From NCBI GenBank assembly GCA_963674735.2, contig CAXXQS010000001.1, forward strand, positions 1,184,001 through 1,248,000: DNA of 64,000 nt, written 5' to 3'. The notes under the pieces were generated by a model that was not told where the DNA came from, did no database searches, and saw nothing but the letters and a program-made list of their open reading frames with translations. This stretch comes from Myxococcota bacterium (lineage in GTDB: Bacteria > Myxococcota_A > SURF-8). Made by a program: the position numbers and the translations under genes. This document shows, piece after piece, positions 27,647 through 37,044 of this stretch (its first letter is position 1; every line of letters starts with the position of its first letter).

Positions 27647-27687
27647 AGGATTTGACCTTTCGCATTCTCCGACGACAACGACGCCAT
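26401..27687 (-). CDS. SDR (MFE-2-like 3-hydroxyacyl-CoA dehydrogenase) with C-terminal SCP2 domain
   Basis: ATG 27687 after AAGGAGG. TGAGAGLGRAYA, VNDLGG and GNFGQANYSAAK motifs, then SCP2 tail. Confidence 0.92.
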   Translation of the reverse strand: MASLSSENAKGQILFTDRVAVVTGAGAGLGRAYALELARRGAKVVVNDLGGAADGSGTSSRAADKVVEEIRAFDGQAVANYDSVASKEGGEAIVKAAIDAFGRLDILINNAGILRDKSFMKMTESDWKAVLGVHLDAAYYVTQPAFAHMREQKYGRIVLTTSAAGLFGNFGQANYSAAKMGLIGFMNTLKQEGARYDIHINTVAPIAATRLTEGLLPPDLLARLEPENVAPAVLYFCSEDCSHSGEILNAGGGYFSRSAIVTGPGAMLGTADTAPTPEQVRDQYSRIATMENAEEYPNLTAAMAPMMAASTGDAPQTAKNADAASAADIFAQMPNVFQKDKAAGIDAVFQYDLAGDNGGQWFVAVKDQTLTVEKGKHPNPTTTLAMSAQDFLDMTAGKLNPMTAYTSGKLKIAGDLMKSQLIAKLFKF

Positions 27688-27933
27688 GTCGACCTCCTTG
27701 AGTGTATGGATCGCAGAACAACCCCTGTAAGGAACATCCCCGGTCGAATCGGACGTGGAGCATGAACGCGCTTCCGAAAATGGAACGCCCGAGACATTAT
27801 TATATTTGGAAACTGACCGCATTGTAGTCATTGAGCGGATTCATGTCAACGATCGCCGAGAAATATTGACGATTCCTGCTTTCACGGCTAATCTTCAGCC
27901 TGAAATGAGTTGGTTTTCCAATGAGGTAAAGCG

Positions 27934-30801
27934 ATGAAGTTGAAAAAGTTGTTTGCGATGCTGTGCTTGGTCGTTCTGCTACCGATTATCACTATCGGGT
28001 GCTCATCTACCTCCGAAGAGTCATCCTCGGATGGCGATGCGGACAATCCTGAAGGTGAAACGACTTTTACGCCTCCGTCGGCTTGGACCGTGCTTATTTC
28101 CGAGAGCGCTCCCTGGCCGGTACGAGCTGTTGCCGATGATGTGGTGGGTTATTTCAATGACATGGGGCTGGAAACCGAGTTGCAAGCCACCGACGTCGCA
28201 CCCGATTGCGAAAATGGCAAGGGCGTGGTGGTTTTTGTCGGGGATGGCTTGGGCGATGCGACTTTCGAAGGTGATGCGACCGATCAGACCTTTCGCATTT
28301 GGGAAACCCGTTGTGGTGATGGCGTGAAGGTGGAGTTGTCGGGTGGTGGACTGCTGGGGCGTCAGTATGCCGGGTATGAATGGCTGCATGCGCTGGGACT
28401 GCGCTTTTTTCACCCGGAAGAGGAGTATGTTCCTGACGCGCCGGTTTGGCCCGTTGATCTTCTCCAGCGACAGCACACTCCCGCGTTTAAATGGCGCAGC
28501 ACCAGTTTGCATCTCACTCATCCGCTGGAATTGGGCGATGTATTCAGCCTGAAGAACGAAGACTATCTGCAAGACGCCCTGAATTATATCGACTGGCAAA
28601 TCAAGAACGGGGCGTCCTATGGGCATGGTGGTGTCGCCATCTCCGATAACGACCATTACGGGCACGAACGCGGCTTTTTCAGGAGTGCCGGTATTACGTT
28701 GTACAACACCCAACAGGGGAGCAAACCGCTGATCGACCCGGACGACCCACGCAGCCCCGAGCAGCAGATCACCGATGCCATCGATGAAAAGATGGGGGAT
28801 GATCCCGACAACTATCCGGAGTTCTTCAGCTTCAGCTTTAATCCAACCGAATTTACGGAGATGGAAGATACGGTTGTCGTGGAGCAGATGACGCTGATTG
28901 CCAATTACATGGCCCAGCATTATCCGGATGTCGAACTACAGACAACCAATCACGGGACGGCAGGCGAGCCTACCCCCAATTACGGGGTGCGTTACTTCGA
29001 TCTGCCGAAATTCGCTCCCGACAATCTAGGGGTGAAAATCCATACTTTGATGTTCTACGATCTTTTCCGCCCTGCGCCGGTCTATGGTAATGAGAACTTC
29101 AATTATTTCTATGATTTCATGGAAGAAGAGTACCAAACACGCAAGCTCTGGTATTTCCCCGAAGCGGCCTGGTGGCTGACCTTCGATAACCAGGTGCCGT
29201 TGTATCTGCCGATCACCATCGAGGCGCGCGACCGCGACATACAGGGGATCAAGCATATGCTCGACGGCAAGCTTGAAGGTCATCGAACCTTCGGGTCCGG
29301 GCACGAATGGGGATATTGGCAAAACGAATACTGCCCCTTCCGCATGGCGATGGATACCGACTATCGCTATACCGATTGCCTGCACGATATGACGAGCCCG
29401 ATGGGCGAAGCGGCTGCGACAGTCCAGAAGGTGATGGAAGACTTGATTATTCAGCAGGAAAACGAGTTTATCTATGGGGATATTCTGCGCTACCTCGTTG
29501 GCGTCGATCCCGAAACGGAGGCGGCTTTGCAGGTGGGTATCGAATTCCATCCCATGCCTCCGACACCGGCCCAGATCATGAAATGGGAAGCGGCGGATAT
29601 CGAGGCTTTCCAGACGGGCCCGGCCAAGCAACTACAGGATATGGACGACAACTACGCGGCGTTGGTCGAGCGTTTGAACGCCGTGGCAGAGCAGGTGCCC
29701 GAAAAGGGCTTGCCGTGGTTCAACGAAATCCTGGACGGCGTGGAAATAACCGGGCTGCGCGCGCGTCATCAACTTCAGGCTTACTCGGCCCTGGCAACCT
29801 ACAGACAGTCGCAGCTTGAACTCTCGGCCGATTTGGATCAACAGGCGAAAGACCTGTTCGACCAAGCGAAGGCGACCACCGCCGACGCCCTGGTGGTGAT
29901 CGAGCGGCGCGAGCAGGGATTCCGTTATCAACCCTTGGAGCGCGCCATCGGTGGGGGTGAGGACTGCGACAGCGACGATAACTGGTCCACCTACAACTTC
30001 CGCGTGCACTGCCGCACCCATACCGCTTATTACTGGAATCGCATCGATAAACTGGTTGAGAACGAGTTGTTCGCTACCGACAAGGCCGTGTCGATTCCCG
30101 ATACGCTGTTGACCCTGGATCAACCCCTGGTGGTATCGATTCTCGATCCGGCGCTTAGCAACGTGCAAGTCGATTTCGGTGACGGCGCAAGCGAAGGCGG
30201 CAGCGAATTCAGCCACAGCTATGCGGCAACGGGCGTTTATCCGTTGACGATCACCGGTGAAAATGGCGGTCAGGCCTTTGAGTTCGAAACGCGGATTGCG
30301 GTTGTCACCGAGGAAAAACGGACCGGTTTTTCCGGCAAGGTTATCAGCCCGGAAGGTATGGATCTCGTGGAGTCGGTGATGCCGGGTGTGGTGTTCGGGT
30401 TTGCGGGCGATAACACCCCGATCCTGGGATTTACGGCGGATTCGGATGGCAATATTCTGCCGGATCAGTTTGTCGAGCTGGTGGCTGGCGACGCGGAACG
30501 GTCGTTTGATGGAACCATCGATCTGATGAATGTGCCGATCATCAGCAAGTCGGATGCCGCGATTCTATCTTACATTGTTGTGGCCAACGGAAGCGCCGAG
30601 CAAGACGATGCTGCGCAGCCCTTGGCGGTGGCGGGCGAGATGTCCATCGAGTCCATCGTGCAGGCCGTGGTGGTGGTCGGGGGCGGGGCTTTCGATGAAG
30701 AAGGCTCACGCAACCTGGTCGCCAGCACTTTGGGATATACCCCGGATACGCTTCCGGCCACGGTGCCGTTCCAGATCGATTATACGGTGCAAGCCGACTA
30801 G
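27934..30801 (+). CDS. Large lipoprotein of unknown function with a PKD-like domain
   Basis: Lipobox ITIG-C, SDGDAD linker, acidic composition, and VDFGDG...HSYAATGVY.LTITG PKD motif. Confidence 0.8.
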   Translation: MKLKKLFAMLCLVVLLPIITIGCSSTSEESSSDGDADNPEGETTFTPPSAWTVLISESAPWPVRAVADDVVGYFNDMGLETELQATDVAPDCENGKGVVVFVGDGLGDATFEGDATDQTFRIWETRCGDGVKVELSGGGLLGRQYAGYEWLHALGLRFFHPEEEYVPDAPVWPVDLLQRQHTPAFKWRSTSLHLTHPLELGDVFSLKNEDYLQDALNYIDWQIKNGASYGHGGVAISDNDHYGHERGFFRSAGITLYNTQQGSKPLIDPDDPRSPEQQITDAIDEKMGDDPDNYPEFFSFSFNPTEFTEMEDTVVVEQMTLIANYMAQHYPDVELQTTNHGTAGEPTPNYGVRYFDLPKFAPDNLGVKIHTLMFYDLFRPAPVYGNENFNYFYDFMEEEYQTRKLWYFPEAAWWLTFDNQVPLYLPITIEARDRDIQGIKHMLDGKLEGHRTFGSGHEWGYWQNEYCPFRMAMDTDYRYTDCLHDMTSPMGEAAATVQKVMEDLIIQQENEFIYGDILRYLVGVDPETEAALQVGIEFHPMPPTPAQIMKWEAADIEAFQTGPAKQLQDMDDNYAALVERLNAVAEQVPEKGLPWFNEILDGVEITGLRARHQLQAYSALATYRQSQLELSADLDQQAKDLFDQAKATTADALVVIERREQGFRYQPLERAIGGGEDCDSDDNWSTYNFRVHCRTHTAYYWNRIDKLVENELFATDKAVSIPDTLLTLDQPLVVSILDPALSNVQVDFGDGASEGGSEFSHSYAATGVYPLTITGENGGQAFEFETRIAVVTEEKRTGFSGKVISPEGMDLVESVMPGVVFGFAGDNTPILGFTADSDGNILPDQFVELVAGDAERSFDGTIDLMNVPIISKSDAAILSYIVVANGSAEQDDAAQPLAVAGEMSIESIVQAVVVVGGGAFDEEGSRNLVASTLGYTPDTLPATVPFQIDYTVQAD

Positions 30802-32807
30802 GCGGAAATCGCTTCGGTGCATTCGCTGAGCAATCCTCCCAGGCGGTCGCAATGCTTTTGCGGGGAGAGAATGATCAGAATATCGTTTACGCTTAGTTGG
30901 TCGTCGGGCGAGGGGTTATCGATCAGTGTCTCGCCGCGCTGAACGGCCAGGACGGTGACGCCGAAGCGCTTGCGGAAATTCGCTTCTCGTAAGCTCTTGT
31001 TTGCTATCGCGGAATCCGCTTCGATACGAAGAGTGAGGATTTCCAAATCGCGAATGGAAACCGGAAGATCGGACAAACGGGTGGGATTCACCGAAAGTTG
31101 TCGGAACATCTGGTAGGCGTCCGAGCGGGCGCTGGAAATGAAGGTTTCGATTTCGTTTCGTGGAATGAGGAATCGTTGGAGCACCCGGCTCAGGATTTCG
31201 ATCGAGGTTTCGTACTCTTCCGGGATCACGACGTCCGCCCCCAACTCGATCAGAGGCGCCGTTTCTGGCACGAAACGAGAACGTGAAATGACGAACAGAG
31301 CCGGGTTGGCCTGCTTGGCGGTGAATACGATCTGCCGGGTCGCAGTCGCGTCCGGTACGGCCACAGCCATCACGCGTGCATCACGCACGCGCGCTTCTTC
31401 CAATACAAGCGGATTTCCGGCATCCCCGAAAAAGATCGGTTCCCCCAATTTTCGCTCGCGGCGCACCGTCTCCGGATTCATTTCAATTATGACGTAAGGG
31501 ATGTTGAAGGATTTTGCGGCTTTGACGAGGTTTCGGCCATTCAATCCCAATCCCACTACGATGACATGGCCGTTCAGGTCGTGGTCGAGCGTTTCAGGGG
31601 TCTGAGGCAGTTGGGTGGACAAACGTCGGAAGCCGGGCATGTTCGCCAGACCTTCGGAAAGCGGTTTTCCCACGATCAGCCACAGGGGGGTAACAGCCAT
31701 GGTGATGATGGATACGGATAAAAACAGTTGATAGGTTCCGTGGCTCAGCAGATCGTAATGCAAACCGACGGCCGCCAGGACGAACGCGAATTCGCCGACC
31801 TGGTTTAGCGCCAGGGCGCTACGGCTAGCCACGCGAACCGGATAACCGAGAACCAGCCCGGTCAGGAATATTGCGGTAAATTTGGCGATGAGCAGTCCGG
31901 CTGTCACTCCGAGAATCAGCGGTACGTGATGAATGACATAGCTCATGTCGAGCAACATCCCGATCGAAATGAAAAAGAAACTGAGAAACAAGTCTCGGAA
32001 GGGAATGATATCGCCCGTGGCCTGATGGCTGTAATCGCTTTCCGAGATCATCAAACCTGCTAGAAAAGCTCCCAGAGCCAGAGACAAGCCCAGCCTGTTG
32101 AACAAAATCGCGACGGCAAAACAGATCGTGACCATCGAGAGCAGGAAAAGTTCGCGTTTGCGCGTGCTGGTAATCCAAAATAGCAGACGTGGAATGAGCC
32201 AACGGGTGCCCGCCAATACCATTAAGATGACCCCGCCGATTTTCATGAATGTCAGTAACAAGTGGCTGGAGTCGGCCGTTGGACCACGACCGGCCAAATA
32301 GGGTATCAGGAGCATAAACGGAACCATGACGAGATCTTGAAAGATCAGAATACTGAAGGACAGGCGTCCGAAAGGGGCATCTGCTTCCGATCTTTCCTGT
32401 AACAATTTCAAAACGATAGCCGTGGAACTCAACGCACCCAGCAACCCGAGCAGGATGGCGGTTCCCGTGTTTTCAAAGGTGAACGAGGCGAACAGGTAAA
32501 TGATTCCAAAGGTCAAAGTTACTTGAAGACCGCCGCCCAACAAAACAGAGCGGCCGATCTGCAGCAGATTCTTGAAAGAAAACTCCAAACCGATCGTGAA
32601 CAGCAAGAAAACCACGCCGATTTCCGCCAACATGCGGACTTCTTCGATACTTGCCATAAGCCCCAAACCGTGCGGACCGGCAACCGCTCCAACGGCCAGA
32701 AAACCGACAAGACTCGGGATGCGCAGACGGCTGGCGGCTAGTAGGACAACCAGCGAAAGAGCGAAAACGATCACGATATCCTGAAGAAGCGGCATGTCTT
32801 CGTGCAT
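30798..32807 (-). CDS. CPA2/Kef-type cation:proton antiporter with RCK-N and RCK-C domains
   Basis: AEIGVVFLLFTIGLEF, LSSTAIV, FQDL, GLGLNG and FGDA motifs, plus a TrkA-C domain. Start is approximate. Confidence 0.9.
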   Translation of the reverse strand: MHEDMPLLQDIVIVFALSLVVLLAASRLRIPSLVGFLAVGAVAGPHGLGLMASIEEVRMLAEIGVVFLLFTIGLEFSFKNLLQIGRSVLLGGGLQVTLTFGIIYLFASFTFENTGTAILLGLLGALSSTAIVLKLLQERSEADAPFGRLSFSILIFQDLVMVPFMLLIPYLAGRGPTADSSHLLLTFMKIGGVILMVLAGTRWLIPRLLFWITSTRKRELFLLSMVTICFAVAILFNRLGLSLALGAFLAGLMISESDYSHQATGDIIPFRDLFLSFFFISIGMLLDMSYVIHHVPLILGVTAGLLIAKFTAIFLTGLVLGYPVRVASRSALALNQVGEFAFVLAAVGLHYDLLSHGTYQLFLSVSIITMAVTPLWLIVGKPLSEGLANMPGFRRLSTQLPQTPETLDHDLNGHVIVVGLGLNGRNLVKAAKSFNIPYVIIEMNPETVRRERKLGEPIFFGDAGNPLVLEEARVRDARVMAVAVPDATATRQIVFTAKQANPALFVISRSRFVPETAPLIELGADVVIPEEYETSIEILSRVLQRFLIPRNEIETFISSARSDAYQMFRQLSVNPTRLSDLPVSIRDLEILTLRIEADSAIANKSLREANFRKRFGVTVLAVQRGETLIDNPSPDDQLSVNDILIILSPQKHCDRLGGLLSECTEAISA

Positions 32808-32910
32808 AACGGTCCCCGCAGTAGGAATTGTTTCACAAACTTGGATCGAGCTGAGAGTACTCCAATTCCGCTTTTGGAACAATCGAGGATTGCATTTTGA
32901 TGACAAGAAA

Positions 32911-34050
32911 CTAGCTTCGGGCGACCCGCATGGCCTCTGTTAAAGTCGCCAGGACGTCGTTCTGTTCGGTGTCGCGTAAGCCGGGATAAAGCGGAAGCAG
33001 AAGCCCGTGCTTCATGGCGTACTCGGAATGGGGGAGGGAAAGGCTTGAAAATTCATCGGCATACAAAGCCTCGTGATGGACGCAGCCCAGGCCCGGCATG
33101 GCGGCTATTCCGTGACCAAGCATAAATCGAATCACATTATCGCGGTGGACGGAGCTGTCCATCATTGCCTGGTAACTTTGCCAATTGCTGCGTGCCCACC
33201 CGGGTTCAAGCGGAGGCGAAATGCCGGACAAACCGGTCAGTTTCTGGGTGTAGCGTTCGGCCAGCCGACGACGTTCGAGGATGATCTTGGGGAGGCGCTC
33301 CAATTGCTCGCGGCCAATCGCGGCCTGGATGTCGGTCAGACGGTAGTTGTAACCCAGACGCTCGTAAGCCGGACCTTGAGGTTGAATCGTCATTCCATGT
33401 TGGCGCAGGCTACGGACGGAGGCATCCAGTTCGGGATCGTTGGTTGTGATCATGCCGCCATCGCCCGTGGTGATAACTTTACGTGGGTGAAAGGAAAAAA
33501 TGGCGATGTCGCCGTGAGGGCGTCCGATGGGTTGAAAGGAGTCTCCCAGTTTGACTTCGGAGCCGATGGCGCAGGCTGCGTCTTCCAAAACACGCAAATT
33601 GTGGCGTTTGGCGATGTCGAGCAACTGCGTCAAATCGCAGGGCATCCCGATTTGATGAATTGCGATGATGGCGCGTGTTTTCGCTGTGATGGCTTGTTCG
33701 ACAGCTTCGGGGTCGAGGTTTGGACTCTCGGGCTCGATGTCCACCAGGACCGGGTCGGCGCCGCAATAACGAACGGCGTTGGCAGTGGCGATGAAGGTGT
33801 AACTCGCCGTGATGACTTGGTCGCCTGGACCGATTCTCAGAGCCAAGAGGGCAAGATGCAGGGCCGCCGTACCGCTGGAAACCGCACAGGCATGAAGCGC
33901 CCCGACCCGTTTGGCGAAGTCGGCTTCAAAAGCCTCCACTTCGTTTCCCTGCATGACCCAGCCCTTGAGGATCGGTCGTGCCGCGGCCTGAACTTCGCGG
34001 TCGTCCAGGACCGGCCGGGTGATGGGAATGCGGATCGGTGTCTTGCTCAT
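32911..34050 (-). CDS. DegT/DnrJ/EryC1/StrS PLP aminotransferase
   Basis: SSGTAALHL, EDAAC, FSFHPRKVITTGDGG and GYNYR motifs. Confidence 0.93.
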   Translation of the reverse strand: MSKTPIRIPITRPVLDDREVQAAARPILKGWVMQGNEVEAFEADFAKRVGALHACAVSSGTAALHLALLALRIGPGDQVITASYTFIATANAVRYCGADPVLVDIEPESPNLDPEAVEQAITAKTRAIIAIHQIGMPCDLTQLLDIAKRHNLRVLEDAACAIGSEVKLGDSFQPIGRPHGDIAIFSFHPRKVITTGDGGMITTNDPELDASVRSLRQHGMTIQPQGPAYERLGYNYRLTDIQAAIGREQLERLPKIILERRRLAERYTQKLTGLSGISPPLEPGWARSNWQSYQAMMDSSVHRDNVIRFMLGHGIAAMPGLGCVHHEALYADEFSSLSLPHSEYAMKHGLLLPLYPGLRDTEQNDVLATLTEAMRVARS

Positions 34051-34071
34051 GGCGTCTCCGTCCGAGTGGGA

Positions 34072-35499
34072 TCAGGTTGTAGCTTCTTCCGTTTTCCAGC
34101 GAGCGCCGCGAGTTAGCCAGCCACGGAAGAACAAAGCCAGGAATGGTCCGGAAATGGCGAAAATACCCAGGAAGAACCACATGGCTGCGGGGCTGTCCCA
34201 GAAACCGACGGTATTTTCTTGCAAGCGCTGGCCGATATCTTCAGGCGACCAACGAAGAAGCATATGACCCGACATGGCGCTGACCACCGTTTTCGCCAGG
34301 AACCAGGGAACCATGGTCAAGCCCAAGTAGGTTCCCTCCTGGCCTTCCGGCGCAACGGCGGCGGTATACTCCGACAGCTTGGGTGACCAGATGATTTCGC
34401 CGACGGATAGTATAACCAGACACAAAATGGCCATGAGATAGTGCGCGTGGGCAATATTCGCACTGAACATTTGCCAAGGGAGAACCAGCGCGAAAAGCGA
34501 CAGCGCCGATATCATCGATCCGTAAACCAACATCTTGAAAATGTTGAACTTATTGGCGAAGGGAATGAAGAGAATCAGTCCGACTACGATAAGGAACGGG
34601 TTGATGGTGTTGAGTAAGCCGATGTTGGCATCAGTTCCGATGACGCGCAGCCAGTATTTCGGCATCAGCAAATACATGTAGGCGAAGACGGCACGGACAC
34701 CAAGTAGCATGGCGATGAGCACCGTCAGACGCCAGAAAGCCGATTCCGATACCACTTCTTTGGCAATCTGGAAGGGATTTTTGCGAACCTTCGGTGTGTC
34801 ATCGATGGGTTCCGGTTCGAGCTCTTCGTCTTCACCACGAAGTTGGTCTTCACGGTGAACCATCAGAAACGTGACACCGATACACAACACCGACATGACC
34901 GCACCGGTGGTGAAGATGTGGGAACTGGAAAAGCCGAGCCACAGGCGTACCATATCGATGAGGATACCGCCCGACATCGCGCCGACGTTCATAAACAAAT
35001 ACCAGAGGTTGAATCCGGCGCTACGTGACTTTTTGGTGGTGAAACGGCGATTGGCGGCCTGGAAAACCGTCTGAATCATGGCCATCAGCGGAGCCATTAG
35101 AAAGAATAGGATAGAAACGATGATGCCGCGATGAGGGACGGAGTCGGTCAGTCCCAAAAAGGCGACACCACCACGCAATAGTAGCATGCCGCCCATCGCC
35201 ACATAGATCGAGCGCTTGATACCCAGCCAGTCGGTGACCATCCCGGAGAAGAAGAGGAAGATGGTGGTGGCTGAGGTGAAAACCGTGACCACATAGCCCG
35301 CGTCGGTGTCCGACATGCCGAGATCCTCGGAGAGGAAGACGGCGGCGATGGTGATCATGGCGAAATAGACGGTGCAATCCAGAAAGTTGATGAATTGGAT
35401 ACCCCAATATTCAGAGCGGGTTTCCTTTAAAACTTTGAAATCCGTGAAATATTGACGGATCATTTCACCGGCTGTTCGGTTCTTCACCGCTTGGTTCAT
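34072..35499 (-). CDS. MFS transporter (POT/peptide-transporter-like)
   Basis: About 12 TM segments; DWLGIKRS, GFNLWYLFMNVG and GEIIWSPK motifs. ATG 35499 follows GAGGT. Confidence 0.85.
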   Translation of the reverse strand: MNQAVKNRTAGEMIRQYFTDFKVLKETRSEYWGIQFINFLDCTVYFAMITIAAVFLSEDLGMSDTDAGYVVTVFTSATTIFLFFSGMVTDWLGIKRSIYVAMGGMLLLRGGVAFLGLTDSVPHRGIIVSILFFLMAPLMAMIQTVFQAANRRFTTKKSRSAGFNLWYLFMNVGAMSGGILIDMVRLWLGFSSSHIFTTGAVMSVLCIGVTFLMVHREDQLRGEDEELEPEPIDDTPKVRKNPFQIAKEVVSESAFWRLTVLIAMLLGVRAVFAYMYLLMPKYWLRVIGTDANIGLLNTINPFLIVVGLILFIPFANKFNIFKMLVYGSMISALSLFALVLPWQMFSANIAHAHYLMAILCLVILSVGEIIWSPKLSEYTAAVAPEGQEGTYLGLTMVPWFLAKTVVSAMSGHMLLRWSPEDIGQRLQENTVGFWDSPAAMWFFLGIFAISGPFLALFFRGWLTRGARWKTEEATT

Positions 35500-35774
35500 G
35501 GCGACCTCGTTGGAGTTTTGTGATTCGATCAGGAGTCCGGCAAGGTGCGAAAAGCCTGGAATTGCATGAGATAGAGGCCACTCGCACCGCGCATGCACTA
35601 TCAAATAACGCAAAGTCGGCGGAATGTAAAGGGAAACCTGTCAAAGACGGTTGGAATGGTGTATTAAGGAAAAGGCGGATGTTGTGAAGAAGTAGCCGGT
35701 TTGTTATAATTGAAAAAGAAGTGTCTCACCTGTGAGGCGAGGATCGATATTCAGTCCTAATCGGGAGTCGGGAC

Positions 35775-36647
35775 ATGACAGATTCAGCCCGCGAAGCTAT
35801 TCTCAAAACGCTATCCGACATCAACAAACTACCGGCTATTCCGGAGGTTGTGGTACGGGTTCTTCAACTGGTCAATCAAAAGTCGGGTAATGCCGAAAAC
35901 TTGGCTAAATTGATAAACGAAGACCCGAGCTTAGCGGCCAATGTACTGAAATTGGTCAACTCGGCTTTGTATGGGGCCCAAGTCAAAGAGATTACTTCAA
36001 TCAAGGCGGCTGTCACGCGCCTCGGTTCGGCGGAAGTCAGTCGGCTCTGTATGTCGCTGGGTGTGGCGAAGGTGTTTTCCGGTATGGGGAGTGGCATTCG
36101 GCACAAAGAATTTTGGAAGCATTCATTAGCCGTCGGCATAGCGGCCCGGATGATTCAGAGCGAACGGGATAGTGCCGATGATTCTCTTGGGGAAGTCGTT
36201 TTTACGGCCGGTTTACTCCATGACGTAGGAGCGTTCATTCTGGATCAGTTTTTCAACGAATTGTTTGCGGAAGTACAAAAAGCGGTTAAAGAAGAAGACC
36301 GCAGTGCGTACGGCATTGAGTGGGAACGGCTGGGAATCGATCATGGCGAGGTCGGCGGGATTCTGTTAGGCCATTGGGGGTTGCCGGAAGACATCGTGGC
36401 GGCTGTCAGTTGGCACCACGCCCCCGAGAAAGCAAAGGATGAACATCGCCGAGTTGCCTATTTGATCTATCTGGCCGATCAGCTGTGCAACGAAATCGGT
36501 TTGAGCTTCGATTATGAGACCGCCGAAGAAGCCGTTCGCCCGGAAGCTCTCTCTGAATTGGGCGTGGACATGCTGGATCTCCCCCAGTTGACCGAACGTA
36601 TTGGGGAAGAGGCGCAAAAATCGGAAATGTTTTCAAGTTTGATTTGA
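35775..36647 (+). CDS. HDOD domain protein
   Basis: LPAIP, DPSLAANVLKLVNS, FWKHS, GLLHDVG and WGLP...HH motifs. Confidence 0.92.
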   Translation: MTDSAREAILKTLSDINKLPAIPEVVVRVLQLVNQKSGNAENLAKLINEDPSLAANVLKLVNSALYGAQVKEITSIKAAVTRLGSAEVSRLCMSLGVAKVFSGMGSGIRHKEFWKHSLAVGIAARMIQSERDSADDSLGEVVFTAGLLHDVGAFILDQFFNELFAEVQKAVKEEDRSAYGIEWERLGIDHGEVGGILLGHWGLPEDIVAAVSWHHAPEKAKDEHRRVAYLIYLADQLCNEIGLSFDYETAEEAVRPEALSELGVDMLDLPQLTERIGEEAQKSEMFSSLI

Positions 36648-36740
36648 AAGGCCCGAAGATTGCGGTCGGTTGCACAATCTTTTCTTGCTCCGTTGCGTGA
36701 AATTGTGTACTAACTAACACTCGGTCGGTTGGCCGGCCGT

Positions 36741-36827
36741 GGGGCTGTGGTGGAACTGGTAGACACAAGGGACTTAAAATCCCTCGCCCTTTCGGGTGTA
36801 CGGGTTCGATTCCCGTCAGCCCTACCA
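36741..36827 (+). tRNA. tRNA-Leu (anticodon TAA)
   Basis: GGGGCTG...CAGCCCT acceptor stem, GGGAC-TTAAAA-TCCC anticodon arm, long variable arm, GGTTCGATTCC T-arm and encoded CCA. Confidence 0.97.
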
Positions 36828-36839
36828 TTATTTCAAGCA

Positions 36840-36883
36840 AACCCGATGCTCCTACGTAAAAGGACATCGGGTTTTGTCGTTTT
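36840..36883 (+). terminator. Terminator after tRNA-Leu
   Basis: AACCCGATG...CATCGGGTT stem followed by a T-rich run. Confidence 0.65.
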
Positions 36884-37044
36884 GAAGAAGTCTCAATGGC
36901 AACGCTCAAGAAAATGATTGACAGTAAGAGGCGCAAGCTTTTACTGTTTGGTCGCTATTAATCAAGACGATTGGCCATAGATGCCACTGCTTGCTGAAGT
37001 TCTGCCGCTTCGTGTCATCGGCGCAAGGTAATAAAGACAAGGTA

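Noticed and set aside
23740-27765. Long plus-strand ORFs (23814-24779, 26557-27765 and others)
   Set aside because: Antisense shadows of the SDR-SCP2 genes. Substitutions between copies are synonymous in the minus-strand frame.
33073-34116. 347-aa plus-strand ORF opposite DegT
   Set aside because: Antisense shadow with no recognisable family or RBS.
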